NCBI RefSeq assembly: GCF_032444005.1
Contig: NC_091287.1
Span: 384,586,001 to 384,650,000 of the forward strand
Source of the DNA: Ranitomeya imitator
Taxonomy: Eukaryota
Direction: 5' to 3'
DNA: 64,000 nt
The notes under the pieces: model-generated
The model's database searches: none
Told to the model about the DNA's origin: nothing
Seen by the model: only the letters and a program-made list of their open reading frames with translations
Shown: positions 26,142-39,258 of the stretch, one piece after another
Layout: each line of letters begins with the position of its first letter
Numbering within the stretch: position 1 is the first letter of the stretch
Program-made: the position numbers and the translations under genes

Positions 26142-26956
26142 TAACTAGGTACACCCTTATCTATTCCTGTCTCCCAGATTACTCCTGAAGATGGAGACGC
26201 CGGGTTCTCGCACCTTGCTATGCTCCTATATCAACCCCTCTCTGTCCTCTCCTCTACCCAGGGTAGTGGGAAGCTGAGGTGTATAGGAATACAGACAAAC
26301 AGACAAACAGGAGAGGACGAGCAGGGATAAATGAAAACACAAACCATTCAAAATACACACACCAAGAAACAGAAAGAGCATCATGGAGTTTATGGAAGGA
26401 GAAACCAAATAGGAGAGGATGAGAATGTGCACTCAAACAAAACTCCAAGCTACAATCTCCTGAACAAACGCCAACTTAACCATGAACAACACCTCCAACT
26501 CAAGAACCAGACAGTAAGAGCTAACACAGGCAATCCCTAGGTGCCAGAGGCAAGCATATATAGCAGTGACCAACACTGAACAGCTGAGACAATCCAAGTA
26601 GGAAAACTCCAGGCGCTTCAGCTGAACAGCTTATCCCTTGGACTGCTAGCAAGGAAGAAACCTGTATAGTTTAATATGATGGTGAAGTTCTTCTAGCCAG
26701 TACAGGAGTACGTGAAACCAGTCTTCTGGCTTCTATCTGTTGTGGTATCTCCGTGACACTATGTTTGTGCAAGCACTGTAACCCACTTTGTTTTTGATTA
26801 ATGTATGGATTGATTTATTATAATTTTTGCCATGATGTGACCATGATGCCTTTTCCCTTTTTTCAGGTTTTTATGGGGTGTTTTAAATTCTTTATTTTTT
26901 GCAGTTTGTGTGAATACAACTAACTGAATTTAATAAAATTTACATATATTTATGTA

Positions 26957-27904
26957 CCGTATTTTTCAGACTATAAGATGCACCGGATTATAAGATGCAC
27001 CCAGGTTTTAGAGGTGGAAAATATGGAAAAATATATTTGATCCAAAAAATGTGGTAAAATATTTAATAGCACAGGGCTTATATTTAAAGCACCACTCCAG
27101 CACTGAAAAATAACACTAGAGTGCTGCTTTAAGATTCCATGGGAGAACTATAACTCCCAGGATGTCCTGTAGATCCTATGGCATGCTGGGACTTATAGTT
27201 CACCACAGGGATGGCAGAATGATTTTATGTGCTGTAATCAATAAACCTTTTAATTAATTCCTTCTTGTACAGGCTGTGCTCAATGTAGGTCCTGCAACCA
27301 GCCATGACCGCACAGTGCCCTCCCTCTTATGATCTCACCACAGATCATGTAAGATGAAGCTGCACTGTTTGTAGTGAGCTGCCTGCAGGACCTGTGATGA
27401 AATCACGAAGAGGCAGGGCTTTGTGCAGTCATGTGAAGCTCCAGTCTGCCCTTTTCATCACCTCAGCACAGGTCCTCCACAGAGCATTCAGCATTGCATC
27501 AGCGCTGTCAGGTATGCGGCATCCCTCCCTCCTGTGGGCTCCTGCCCCCTACTCCACCAGACACAGATCTCCCCAGCTGCTGCGGGAATCCAGCGCTGGG
27601 AAAACCATATGTGTCTACTCTTTAAGTAAAGTAATATTGGTTTGCTGCTCCCTGCTCACTGCTTGGCACTGACAGGTGGGCGGGGAAGTGGCTAATGAAT
27701 ATTCACTTCACTTTAAGTATCAGGACCAAGTGGTTTCCCCAGCACCTGAATCCTGCAGTGGAGACATTTTCCTGCTTCCTGTGAATGCGATCCCACTCTG
27801 CCACTGCCCCCTCCACACATGCTACATTCCGACCATAAGACGCACCCACACTTTCATCCCAAGTTTGGAGGAAAAAAGTGTGTCTTATGGTCCGAAAAAC
27901 ACAT
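26957..27904. mobile_element. pogo/Tigger-type (Tc1/mariner) non-autonomous element
   Basis: TA|CCGTATTTTTCAGACTATAAGATGCAC ... GTGTGTCTTATGGTCCGAAAAACACAT|TA. Confidence 0.7.
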
Positions 27905-30432
27905 TATATCTTTTTTTGGTATCTATGTATTATTAGGAAATTCTTTTGGTGAGTAATTATAGGTCTAAATTTGCAATTACCTGCTTATTAGTTCTTAGGC
28001 ACATTGCAAAAATAAATAAATAAATAGAGCCAGACAAACCCTTTAAGTGTGGAAAAGAAATAAGGGGAAAGAATTGCTTTAAATAAGACCAACTACAGCC
28101 AATAAAGTGAGGTTGGTTTAAACTGGTAGACCTCATGGAATATAATTGTTCAGGAGTAGGAGACAGATTGGCAGGAATAGCCAATCTGTCTCCTAATAGT
28201 TTATGACTTCACATATACTGTGAAAAGTGGTAATGGAAATGTCCATTGTTTAGATGAGCAGTAAGAATAATATGTTATTTGACCACTGAGAACAAAGATA
28301 GTTAATGTTCAGGAAAAAAAGGGCTTGACCGATAATGTAATGGTGTGTAACTGTATTTATGAAGGATATCACTGAAGTCCTAAAGGGACTAATTATTGGG
28401 TAAGACCTCAACATGTGGAAGTGAGTCCCTTTTCATCTGTATTCCCTTCGGCAAATTTCCAAACAGGAATTAATCATTCTCCCAAGTTTTCTCACAGTAA
28501 CACATAATAAGAATAAAAATAGGTTTTTGAACAATATTGCTGTGGGACACACTCTTATTCTAGGAATTTGCATGTCTCCATTCTACTAATGAGCACTGTT
28601 TTTTGATTTCCTATTTTCGGGAAGTCATTTAGTGTATGAAGACTTACTCTAGGAAACCTGAATAAAGAAGGCAGTACAAAAGAAACACCTATTGTCACAC
28701 AAGAAGGGAAGAAGAAAAAATGTGTATGCTGCCTTCAGGAAAGCAGGCGAGTGAGCATCTAGAGGTAATGGAGCGTATGAAATCTTGAGAAAACTGTAAA
28801 CTGATTATTTAGGATTTATTATAGCATCTTAAGCGCAATGAAAATCATTGATGTGACATTTTCAAATAAAATAGCTGTTTCATTGATACCTACTACTTCC
28901 CAAGGAGCAAAATAGACATCCGTAAGAACGGTATGAAACAGAGCCTGTGTATCTTGGAAGAAAAAAAATATGACCAAGCAGCCAGTGAGGCTTTAAAGAT
29001 AGGACAATTTGGGATTTATAAAGAATTCTCAAAGATGATTTTTTGATTTTTGCTGGAAGTCCCAGCAAAGAAATTAAGGGGACATGTAAAGGGATGATTT
29101 AATAGAAACAAAAGGATTCTGTGAGGAAGAAGACCACTAATAATTCTAATTACAAAGGCCATTCCAGCCAGTGCTAGATTAACCCTGTGGAGGCCCTAGG
29201 CAGTTTGGGGGCCTCTCCATCAATTTATCTCCTAATTAATTTTTAAATTTACTAACAAGAGTTTTCATTCATCATTTACACTTTATCAAACAGAGCAAAT
29301 CTTAAGTTAATCATATTTCATTATAACCTATTAAAGGTGATTATAAAAAAACATCAACATACTGTATATATATTTGTCTGTGTTCACAAAACTCATAAAT
29401 GTTCTATTATGGTCTACAGTTGTGGAGAACTGTTAATTTGTTTCAGTTTCAAATGAATATGACTTTTTATCCAATGTCTATAGGCGGGTGCTTACTAAGC
29501 CTAATTGATAACCTAGCACTGATTCCTCCCAAAGGGAAACATTTCATCACTAATAGTTTATGTTTTTGAAGGCTAGCAATCAAAAGCATTTAGAATAACC
29601 ACCCTTTTTACATTTGACGTACTGAGAGTTTGAAGTTACTGCATTAGTCATAGCTAAAATTACATCATGGCCTGATTCTGGTTTTCAGTTACTATATTAC
29701 AGATGTCTGGGTTTGATCAGACCAACTCTGGCAATGGCTACATTATCAAGTCAAAAAGGAAGCTGCACTGTACAGCCTTACTGAATTCACGTTTGTAATA
29801 TTAAAGGCTAGAGAAATACAGATATAGCATATTTTCAGCCTATAAGTATTCTATGATGCAGATAAAATATCTTGATGCAGAAAACTGTAACTTAAACAGT
29901 AACATAACACGAGCCATTGAACATATCATGTTTGAAGAGGAGCTACAGTTTTCTGCATTAAATTTCTCGCTGCACTATTTGTCTTATAGAAACCAATATG
30001 AGTGAGGGCATCACAAGGAGATTCTTTTGTTGAATATATTGCTTTAGGGATTCTGTGGGCTCTATTGATGGAGAAAACAAGTAGGAAATGGATGGAAGCA
30101 AAAGATACCCATACATTCAATGTTATTTCTCTTCTATCTTTCATTAAAGATGATTACTCTGTTGTTCAAGTTTTTGTTTTGTTTGGATTTTTACTCAGTA
30201 TGGGCTTCCTGAATGCCAAGACTGTCTCAGTTTAATTTCATTTGATGAGCTATTTTATTGAAATGCATTGAAATGTCCCAATACTCACAGTTCTTTAAAC
30301 TGCCTTTTCGCCTCGCCTCACTTCTCTAACTATTCCCATTTTATGTTCCAAAATTTTCCTCAAAATCTGGTTCCTTGTAGCATCTGTTTGTACACCCTCC
30401 ATGCACTTAATAGCCCTCTGTTTCTGCACTTA

Positions 30433-32041
30433 TACTATGGTTCCAAAGTTTAGGGTCACCCAGATTATTTTGTGTTTTCCATGAAAACTCATACTTTTAT
30501 TAATCAAATGAGTTGCCAAATGAATTGAAAATCTAGTCCAGACATTGACAAGGTTCGAAAAAAAGATTTTTACTTGAAATAATAATTTTCTCCTTCAAAC
30601 TTTGCTTTTGTCAAAGAATGCTACCTTTGCAGCAATTACAGCTTTGCAGAACTTTGGCATTCTAGCAGTTAATTTGCTGAGATAATCTGGAGAAATGTCA
30701 CCCCATCCTTCCATAAGCCCCTCCCACAAGTTGGTTTGGCTTGATGGACACTTTTTGTGTACCATACGGTCAAGCTGCTCCCACAACAGCTCAATGGGGT
30801 TGAGATCTGGTGACTGCGCTGGCCATTCCATTACAGATATAGAATACCAGCTGCCTGCTTCTTCCCTAAATAGTTCTTGCATAATTTGGAGGTGTGCTTT
30901 GGGTCATTGTCCTGTTGTAGGATGAAATTGGCTCCAATCAAGCGCTGTCCACAGGGTATGGCATGGCATTGCAAATTGGAATGATAGCCTTCCTTATTGA
31001 AAATCCCTTTTACCTTTTACAAATCTCCCCTCTTTACCAGCACCAAAGCAACCCCAGACCATCACATTACCTCCACCATGCTTGACAGATGGCATCAGTC
31101 ACTCTTTCAGCATCTTTTCAGTTGTTCTGTGTCTAACAAATGTTCTTCTGTGTAATTCAAACACCTCAAACTTGGATTTGTCTGTCCATAACACTTTTTT
31201 CCAATCTTACTCTGTCCAATGTCTGTGTTCTTTTGCCCATATTAATCTTTTCCTTTTATAAGCCAGTCTCAGATATGGTTTTTTCTTTGCCACTCTGCCC
31301 TGAAGGCCAGCATCCCGGAGTCACCTCTTCACTGCAGACATTGACACTGGCATTCTACATGTACTATTTAATGAAGCTGCCAGTTGAGGACCTGTGAGGT
31401 GTCGATTTTTCAAACTACAGACTCTAATGTACTTGTCTTGTTGCTCAGTTGTGCAGCGGGGCCTCCCACTTCTCTTTCTACTCTGGATAGAGCCTGTTTG
31501 TGCTCTCCTCTGAAGGGAGTAGTACACACCCTTGTAGGAAATCTTCAGTTTCTTGGCAATTTCTCGCATGGAATAGCCTTCATTTCATTTCTAAGAACAA
31601 GAATAGACTGTCGAGTTTCACATTAAAGTTCTTTTTTTCTGGCCATTTTGAGAGTTTAATGGAACCAACAAATATAATTCTCTAGATTCTCAACTAGCTC
31701 AAAGGAAGGTCAGGTTTATAGGTTCTCTAATCAGCCACACTGTTTTCAGCTGTATTAACATACTTTCACAGGGGTTTCCAAGGGTATTCTAACCATCCAT
31801 TAGCCTTCTTACACAGTTAGCAAACACAAAGTACCATAAGAACACTGGAGTTAAGGTTGTTGGAAATGGGCCTCTATTAAGATATTGCATTACAAAGCAG
31901 ATGTTTGCAGCTAGAATAGTCATTTACCAAATGTATAGAGTGTTTTTCTGAATCATTTAATGTTAGCTTCATTGGAAAAAACTGTGCTTTTTTTTAAAAA
32001 AAGGACATTTCTACGTGACCCTAAACTTTTGAACGGTAGTG
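30433..32041 (-). mobile_element. Decayed Tc1 transposon with fragmented transposase
   Basis: TIRs (TACTATGGTTCCAAAGTTTAGGGTCAC / GTGACCCTAAACTTTTGAACGGTAGTG) with TA flanks. ORF fragments MREIAKKLKISYKGVYYSL (HTH) and WPAQSPDLNPIELLW. Confidence 0.88.
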
Positions 32042-32047
32042 TATATA

Positions 32048-33017
32048 GATTTTCTCGATTCTACCCTGTCCTTCAAACTGCACGTCCAAACTCCTGCCAC
32101 CTCCGTTGCCTCGAACTCAAAAATATTGCCAAAATCTGTCCCTTCCTCAGCCCACAATCTTCTAAAACTCTTGTGCATGCCCTCATCATCTCCCACCTCG
32201 ATTACTGCAACACCCTCCACTTTGGCCTCCCCGCTAACTCCTTTGCACCACTCCAGTCTGTCCTCAACTCTGCTGCTCGGCTAATCCACCTCTCTCCCCA
32301 CTACTTCCCTGCTTCACCCCTCTGCAAATCCCTCCACTGGCTCCCAATTCCCCAACGAATCCAGTTCAGACTACTAACACTGATCTACAAAGCCATCCAC
32401 AACCTGTCCCCTCCCTATATCTCTGAACTAACCTCCCACTATCTTCCCTCACGTAATCTTCAATCCTCCCAAGACCTACTACTCTCCTCCACACTTATTT
32501 GTTCCTCACACAACCGCCTTCCAAGATTTCTCCCGAATATCCCCCATCCTCTGGAATTCCATGCCTCAACACGACGGATTATCCACCACCCTCGGATCCT
32601 TCAGATGGAACCAGAAAACTCATCTCTTCAGGAAAGCCTACAGCCTGTAATAACCATTCTGCCGCCTCACCAACCACCTGAGCTGCCACCACATCACCAA
32701 CCACCTGAGCTGCCACATTGCCACCGCCAGAGCTGCCGCCCCACCAACCACCCGAGCTGCCGCCTCACCAACCACCCGAGCTGCCGCCTCACCACCACCA
32801 GTGCTTCAGCACACCGACCTCCTGTCTCTTTCCCATTATCCCAAAGAATGTAAGTCCACAAGGACAGGGTCATCTCCCCTCTGTACCAATCTGTCACTGT
32901 AAATTTGTTTACTGTTAACGATATCTATAACCCTGTATGTAACCCCTTTTCACATGTGCAGCACAATGGAACTAATGGTGCTACATAAATAATAATAATA
33001 ATTATAATAATAATAAT
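32048..33017 (+). mobile_element. 5'-truncated L2 LINE
   Basis: RT C-terminal region ALIISHLDYCNTL...LHWLPIPQRIQFRL, then a 3' UTR and an (AAT)n tail. Confidence 0.88.
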
Positions 33018-34103
33018 TAGAGTTGAGCGACCTTGACCTTTTTAGAGTCGAGCCGGGTTTTGCGAAACCCGACTATGTCCAAAGTCGGGTCGAGTGAAAT
33101 CGGCCGATTATGACGTAAAGTCGGGATCGACCGAAACACGAAACCCAATGCAAGTCAATGGGGCAGCATAGTCGGCAGTGAGTGGGGGCCAGGAAAACAC
33201 CTAGAGTGGCCATTTTAATGTCAAAACCATCCATTCTTCTTAATGAAGCTTGTCAAGCGTAATTTACCTTATAATAATTGGAAGGCATTTGAAATTGGGG
33301 GTCATTTGGCTAAAGTTGTGGGGGGTAGGGCTGGTTCAAGTAATTAGTGGGCCCAGGAAATCTGGACCACGTCACGGCAGTGGAGCAGGGAGAGGTAAGT
33401 ATTTCAACTTTGCAAGTGCTGTGAACCTGAGCAAGCAGGGGGGGCCCACTCGTTGGCATTGGCACTGGCACAGGGCCCCTCAAAGTACAGCGGTGTGTTT
33501 GCACGGCGGGGGCGCCTCCCACCGGCAGCAACACTTTTGCGTACTATGAGAGGCCCTGTGCCAGTGACGTCGCCAACTAGTATTCCTCCCCCCACCTGAT
33601 GAAGGAACCTGCACTTTCATCTGCACCTTCCTCTTTGTCCCCGTGTAAGGTGGTATGGTATGCGGGAAGAGCAACCTGACTTTCAGCAGGGTCACAATGT
33701 TGTTGTGTAGCGTGCACGGGGAATGTTGCGTTATGGGTCAATGTACCAGCAGACTCATCTATCACTGGCTGGGCAATGGGCACGATGAAGTGGAAACACA
33801 GATATAGGCCCAAAGAAGAAAGTGGGCTAAATGCAGTTCAAAATTGGTAACACAGGAATAACCAGGGGGCATTGCAGTGGAGGACAACTGGAATGAGAGG
33901 CTGACACAGAGAGTAGGGCCAAATCAGTAAGTAGTCGAAATGCAGTTCAAAATTGGCAACCGTAGTAAACAGGCGGCACAGCTTTGTTCAGTGGAGGAGA
34001 ACAGCAAGGAGTGGCAGACACCGATAGTAGGCCCCAAACCAACTAGTACGCCAAATGCAGTTGTTCCATTTAACCACAATTTAATGAGAGCCTGAAGATA
34101 GAA

Positions 34104-35311
34104 GCTCAGGAAAGGCAACCTGGGGAACACCTTGGAGTGTAACACACCATCTCTCTCCACCCCATACCCATTTTGTATGGCCTAATGCAGTGTACTTTTC
34201 TACAACTACTAAACGAGAGTCGGAAGACCGAAGCAATGGCAAGGAAACCTGGGGAACACCTTAGAGTGTAACACACCCTCTCTCTACACCCCATACCCAA
34301 TTTGAAGGCCTAATGCAGTGTAGTTTCCAAGAACTACTAAACGAGAGCCGGAAGATCGAAGCTCAGGAAAGGCAACCTGGGGAACACCTTGGAGTGTAAC
34401 ACACCCTCTCGCTACACCCCATACCCAATTTGAAGGCCTAATGCAGCGTAGTTTCCAACAACTACTAAACGAGAGCCGGAAGATCGAAGCTCAGGAAAGG
34501 CAACCTGGGGAACACCTTGGAGTGTAACAAACCCTCTCTCTACACCCCATACCCAATTTGTAGGCCTAATGCAGCGTAGTTTCCGACAACTACTAAACGA
34601 GAGCATGAAGATCGAAGCTCAGGAAAGGCAACCTGGGGAACACCTTGGAGTGTAACACACCCTCTCTCTACACCCCATACCCAATTTGTAGGCCTAATGC
34701 AGCGTAGTTTCCGACAACTACTAAACGAGAGCCGGAATATCGAAGCTCAGGAAAGGCAACCTGGGGAACACCTTGGAGTGTAACACACCCTCTCTCTACG
34801 CCCCATACCCAATTTGTAGGCCTAATGCAGCGTAGTTTCCGACAACTACTAAACGAGAGCCGGAATATCGAAGCTCAGGAAAGGCAACCTGGGGAACACC
34901 TTGGAGTGTAACACACCCTCTCTCTACACCCCATACCCAATTTGAAGGCCTAATGCAGTGTAGTTTCCAAGAACTACTAAACGAGAGCCGGAAGATCGAA
35001 GCTCAGGAAAGGCAACCTGGGGAACACCTTGGAGTGTAACACACCCTCTCGCTACACCCCATACCCAATTTGAAGGCCTAATGCAGCGTAGTTTCCAACA
35101 ACTACTAAACGAGAGCCGGAAGATCGAAGCTCAGGAAAGGCAACCTGGGGAACACCTTGGAGTGGAACACACCATCTCTCTACACCCCATACCCAATTTG
35201 AAGGCCTAATGCAGAGTAGTTTCCAAGAACTACTAAACGAGAGCCGGAAGATCGAAGCTCAGGAAAGGCAACCTGGGGAACACCTTGGAGTGTAACACAA
35301 CGTCTCTCTAC
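34104..35311. repeat. hAT-internal tandem array A, 128-bp unit, about 9.4 copies
   Basis: GCTCAGGAAAGG recurs at 34361, 34489, 34617, 34745, 34873, 35001, 35129 and 35257. Confidence 0.95.
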
Positions 35312-35764
35312 ACGACGGAAGGGCTGATTCTTAGGAAGGAAGGCTGTTGGAAATAAGCATTGCGCGTCCGAGGGTGATTATATTCTTATTAGGTATATAC
35401 TCACCCTCGGACGCGCCCTGCTTCTTTATTTGGAATGAATGTTTATTTGCAATGTGGTGTTGACTTTCTCTATTATTTTGGTAATTAATGATTTTATTAT
35501 TTTCATTATTTTGCATCTTCTCGGCAATAATATAAAGAAGACGCGACAGGACAACACTCGGTGGATGCCATATGTGTGTTTTCAATTTAAAAACTTTCAG
35601 TTAACTACTTGCAGGAGAAAGTAATTGTAGCTGGTGGCCATTTTTAGTACTGTACCAGATTAGAGTTGTGTGTTTGTTTTTAATGTTAAAATGTCTGCAT
35701 TTGATATCTCACCAGTATTTTCTTTTTTATAAGCAAAATACTTATTTTTATATTTTCTGATGTT

Positions 35765-38700
35765 GGTTCCAGGGGTACACGGCCAGCAGTGCCCTGGTCA
35801 GTGTAGTAGTAGTTGAAAGAATGGACCGCAGACAGGCATCGAAGGCCTAAAATAAAAAAATTGGGCTGGCTGTAGGCAATTTTAAATTGGTTCCAGGGGT
35901 ACACGGGCAGCAGTGGTGTGGTCAGTGGAGGCCTAGTGGAAGGAGTGACCGCAGACAGGCATCGAAGGCCTAAAATAATAACACATGGCTGTAGGCAATT
36001 TTAAATTGGTTCCAGGGGTACACGGGCAGCAGTGACCTGGTCAGTGTAGTAGTAGTTGAAAAAATGGACCGCAGACAGGCATCGAATGCCTAAAATAATA
36101 ACACATGGCTGTAGGCAATTTTAAATTGGTTACAGGGGTACACGGACAGCAGTGACCTGGTCAGTGTAGTAGTAGTTGAAAGAATGGACCGCAGACAGGC
36201 ATCGAAGGCCTAAAATAAAAAAATTGGGCTGGCTGTAGGCAATTTTAAATTGGTTCCAGGGGTACACGGACAGCAGTGGTGTGGTCAGTGGAGGCCTAGT
36301 GGAAGGAGTGACCGCAGACAGGCATCGAAGGCCTAAAATAATAACACATGGCTGTAGGCAATTTTAAATTGGTTCCAGGGGTACACGGACAGCAGTGGTG
36401 TGGTCAGTGGAGGCCTAGTGGAAGGAGTGACCGCAGACAGGCATCGAAGGCCTAAAATAATAACACATGGCTGTAGGCAATTTTAAATTGGTTCCAGGGG
36501 TACACGGACAGCAGTGACCTGGTCAGTGTAGTAGTAGTTGAAAGAATGGACCGCAGACAGGCATCGAAGGCCTAAAATAAAAAAATTGGGCTGGCTGTAG
36601 GCAATTTTAAATTGGTTCCAGGGGTACACGGGCAGCAGTGGTGTGGTCAGTGGAGGCCTAGTGGAAGGAGTGACCGCAGACAGGCATCGAAGGCCTAAAA
36701 TAATAACACATGGCTGTAGGCAATTTTAAATTGGTTCCAGGGGTACACGGACAGCAGTGGTGTGGTCAGTGGAGGCCTAGTGGAAGGAGTGACCGCAGAC
36801 AGGCATCGAAGGCCTAAAATAATAACACATGGCTGTAGGCAATTTTAAATTGGTTCCAGGGGTACACGGGCAGCAGTGACCTGGTCAGTGTAGTAGTAGT
36901 TGAAAGAATGGACCGCAGACAGGCATCGAAGGCCTAAAATAAAAAAATTGGGCTGGCTGTAGGCAATTTTAAATTGGTTCCAGGGGTACACGGACAGCAG
37001 TGGTGTGGTCAGTGGAGGCCTAGTGGAAGGAGTGACCGCAGACAGGCATCGAAGGCCTAAAATAATAACACATGGCTGTAGGCAATTTTAAATTGGTTCC
37101 AGGGGTACACGGGCAGCAGTGACCTGGTCAGTGTAGTAGTAGTTGAAAGAATGGACCGCAGACAGGCATCGAAGGCCTAAAATAAAAAAATTGGGCTGGC
37201 TGTAGGCAATTTTAAATTGGTTCCAGGGGTACACGGACAGCAGTGGTGTGGTCAGTGGAGGCCTAGTGGAAGGAGTGACCGCAGACAGGCATCGAAGGCC
37301 TAAAATAATAACACATGGCTGTAGGCAATTTTAAATTGGTTCCAGGGGTACACGGGCAGCAGTGACCTGGTCAGTGTAGTAGTAGTTGAAAAAATGGACC
37401 GCAGACAGGCATCGAATGCCTAAAATAATAACACATGGCTGTAGGCAATTTTAAATTGGTTCCAGGGGTACACGGGCAGCAGTGACCTGGTCAGTGTAGT
37501 AGTAGTTGAAAGAATGGACCGCAGACAGGCATCGAAGGCCTAAAATAAAAAAATTGGGCTGGCTGTAGGCAATTTTAAATTGGTTCCAGGGGTACACGGA
37601 CAGCAGTGGTGTGGTCAGTGGAGGCCTAGTGGAAGGAGTGACCGCAGACAGGCATCGAAGGCCTAAAATAATAACACATGGCTGTAGGCAATTTTAAATT
37701 GGTTCCAGGGGTACACGGGCAGCAGTGACCTGGTCAGTGTAGTAGTAGTTGAAAAAATGGACCGCAGACAGGCATCGAATGCCTAAAATAATAACACATG
37801 GCTGTAGGCAATTTTAAATTGGTTCCAGGGGTACACGGGCAGCAGTGACCTGGTCAGTGTAGTAGTAGTTGAAAGAATGGACCGCAGACAGGCATCGAAG
37901 GCCTAAAATAAAAAAATTGGGCTGGCTGTAGGCAATTTTAAATTGGTTCCAGGGGTACACGGACAGCAGTGGTGTGGTCAGTGGAGGCCTAGTGGAAGGA
38001 GTGACCGCAGACAGGCATCGAAGGCCTAAAATAATAACACATGGCTGTAGGCAATTTTAAATTGGTTCCAGGGGTACACGGGCAGCAGTGACCTGGTCAG
38101 TGTAGTAGTAGTTGAAAAAATGGACCGCAGACAGGCATCGAATGCCTAAAATAATAACACATGGCTGTAGGCAATTTTAAATTGGTTCCAGGGGTACACG
38201 GACAGCAGTGGTGTGGTCAGTGGAGGCCTAGTGGAAGGAGTGACCGCAGACAGGCATCGAAGGCCTAAAATAATAACACATGGCTGTAGGCAATTTTAAA
38301 TTGGTTCCAGGGGTACACGGACAGCAGTGACCTGGTCAGTGTAGTAGTAGTTGAAAGAATGGACCGCAGACAGGCATCGAAGGCCTAAAATAAAAAAATT
38401 GGGCTGCCTGTAGGCAATTTTAAATTGGTTCCAGGGGTACACGGGCAGCAGTGACCTGGTCAGTGTAGTAGTAGTTGAAAGAATGGACCGCAGACAGGCT
38501 TAGAAGGCCTAACATAACAAACTTGGGCTGGCTGTAGGCACTTTTAAATTGGTTCCAGGGGTACACGGGCAGCAGTGGTCTGGTCAGTGGAAGTCTAGTG
38601 GAAGGAGTGACCGCAGACAGGCTTCCAAGGCCTAACATAACAAACTTGGGCTGGCTGTAGGCACTTTTAAATTGGTTCCAGGGGTACACGGGCAGCAGTG

Positions 38701-39258
38701 GTCTGGTCAGTGGAAGTCTAGTGGAAGGAGTGACCGCAGACAGGCTTCCAAGGCCTAACATAACAAACTTGGGCTGGCTGTAGGCACTTTTAAATTGGTT
38801 CCAGGGGTACACGGGCAGCAGTGGTCTGGTCAGTGGAAGTCTAGTGGAAGGAGTGACCGCAGACAGGCTTCCAAGGCCTAACATAACAAACTTGGGCTGG
38901 CTGTAGGCACTTTTAAATTGGTTCCAGGGGTACACGGGCAGCAGTGGTCTGGTCAGTGGAAGTCTAGTGGAAGGAGTGACCGCAGACAGGCTTCGAAGGC
39001 CTAACATAACAAAATTGGGCTGGCTGTAGGCACTTTAAATTGGTTCCAGGGGTACATGGGCAGCAGTGTATGGTCAGTGGAAGTCTAGTGGAAGGAGTGA
39101 CGGCAGACAGTCTTCGAAGGCCTAACATAACAAAATTGGGCTGACTGTAGGCACTTTTAAATTGGTTCCAGGGTAACACGGCCAGCAGTGGCCTGGTCAG
39201 TGTAGTAGTTGTAGAAAGAAGGGACCGCAGACAGGCTTCGAAGGCCTAACATAACAAA
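35765..39258. repeat. hAT-internal tandem array B, 119-124-bp units, about 29 copies of several variants
   Basis: Recurrent GGTTCCAGGGGTACACGG...ACCGCAGACAGGC...GGCTGTAGGCA. Confidence 0.95.

Larger units (their letters stand above)
24506..26758. mobile_element. Solo LTR (about 660 bp net) interrupted by a hAT MITE
   Basis: TGTCACG...CGTGACA termini with a perfect 5-bp TSD CTATG (24501-24505, 26759-26763). Confidence 0.8.

Noticed and set aside
25275-26154. His/Thr-rich and Cys/Val-rich ORFs
   Set aside because: Translations of a TG-derived minisatellite that is open in most frames.
31960-32853. 297-aa ORF as a gene
   Set aside because: A chimera of the Tc1 TIR and a frameshifted L2 RT tail running into the L2 3' UTR.
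38420-39007. 195-aa ORF made of 41-aa repeats
   Set aside because: A by-product of 123-bp (3n) units in array B. Neighbouring 119-124-bp units break the frame.
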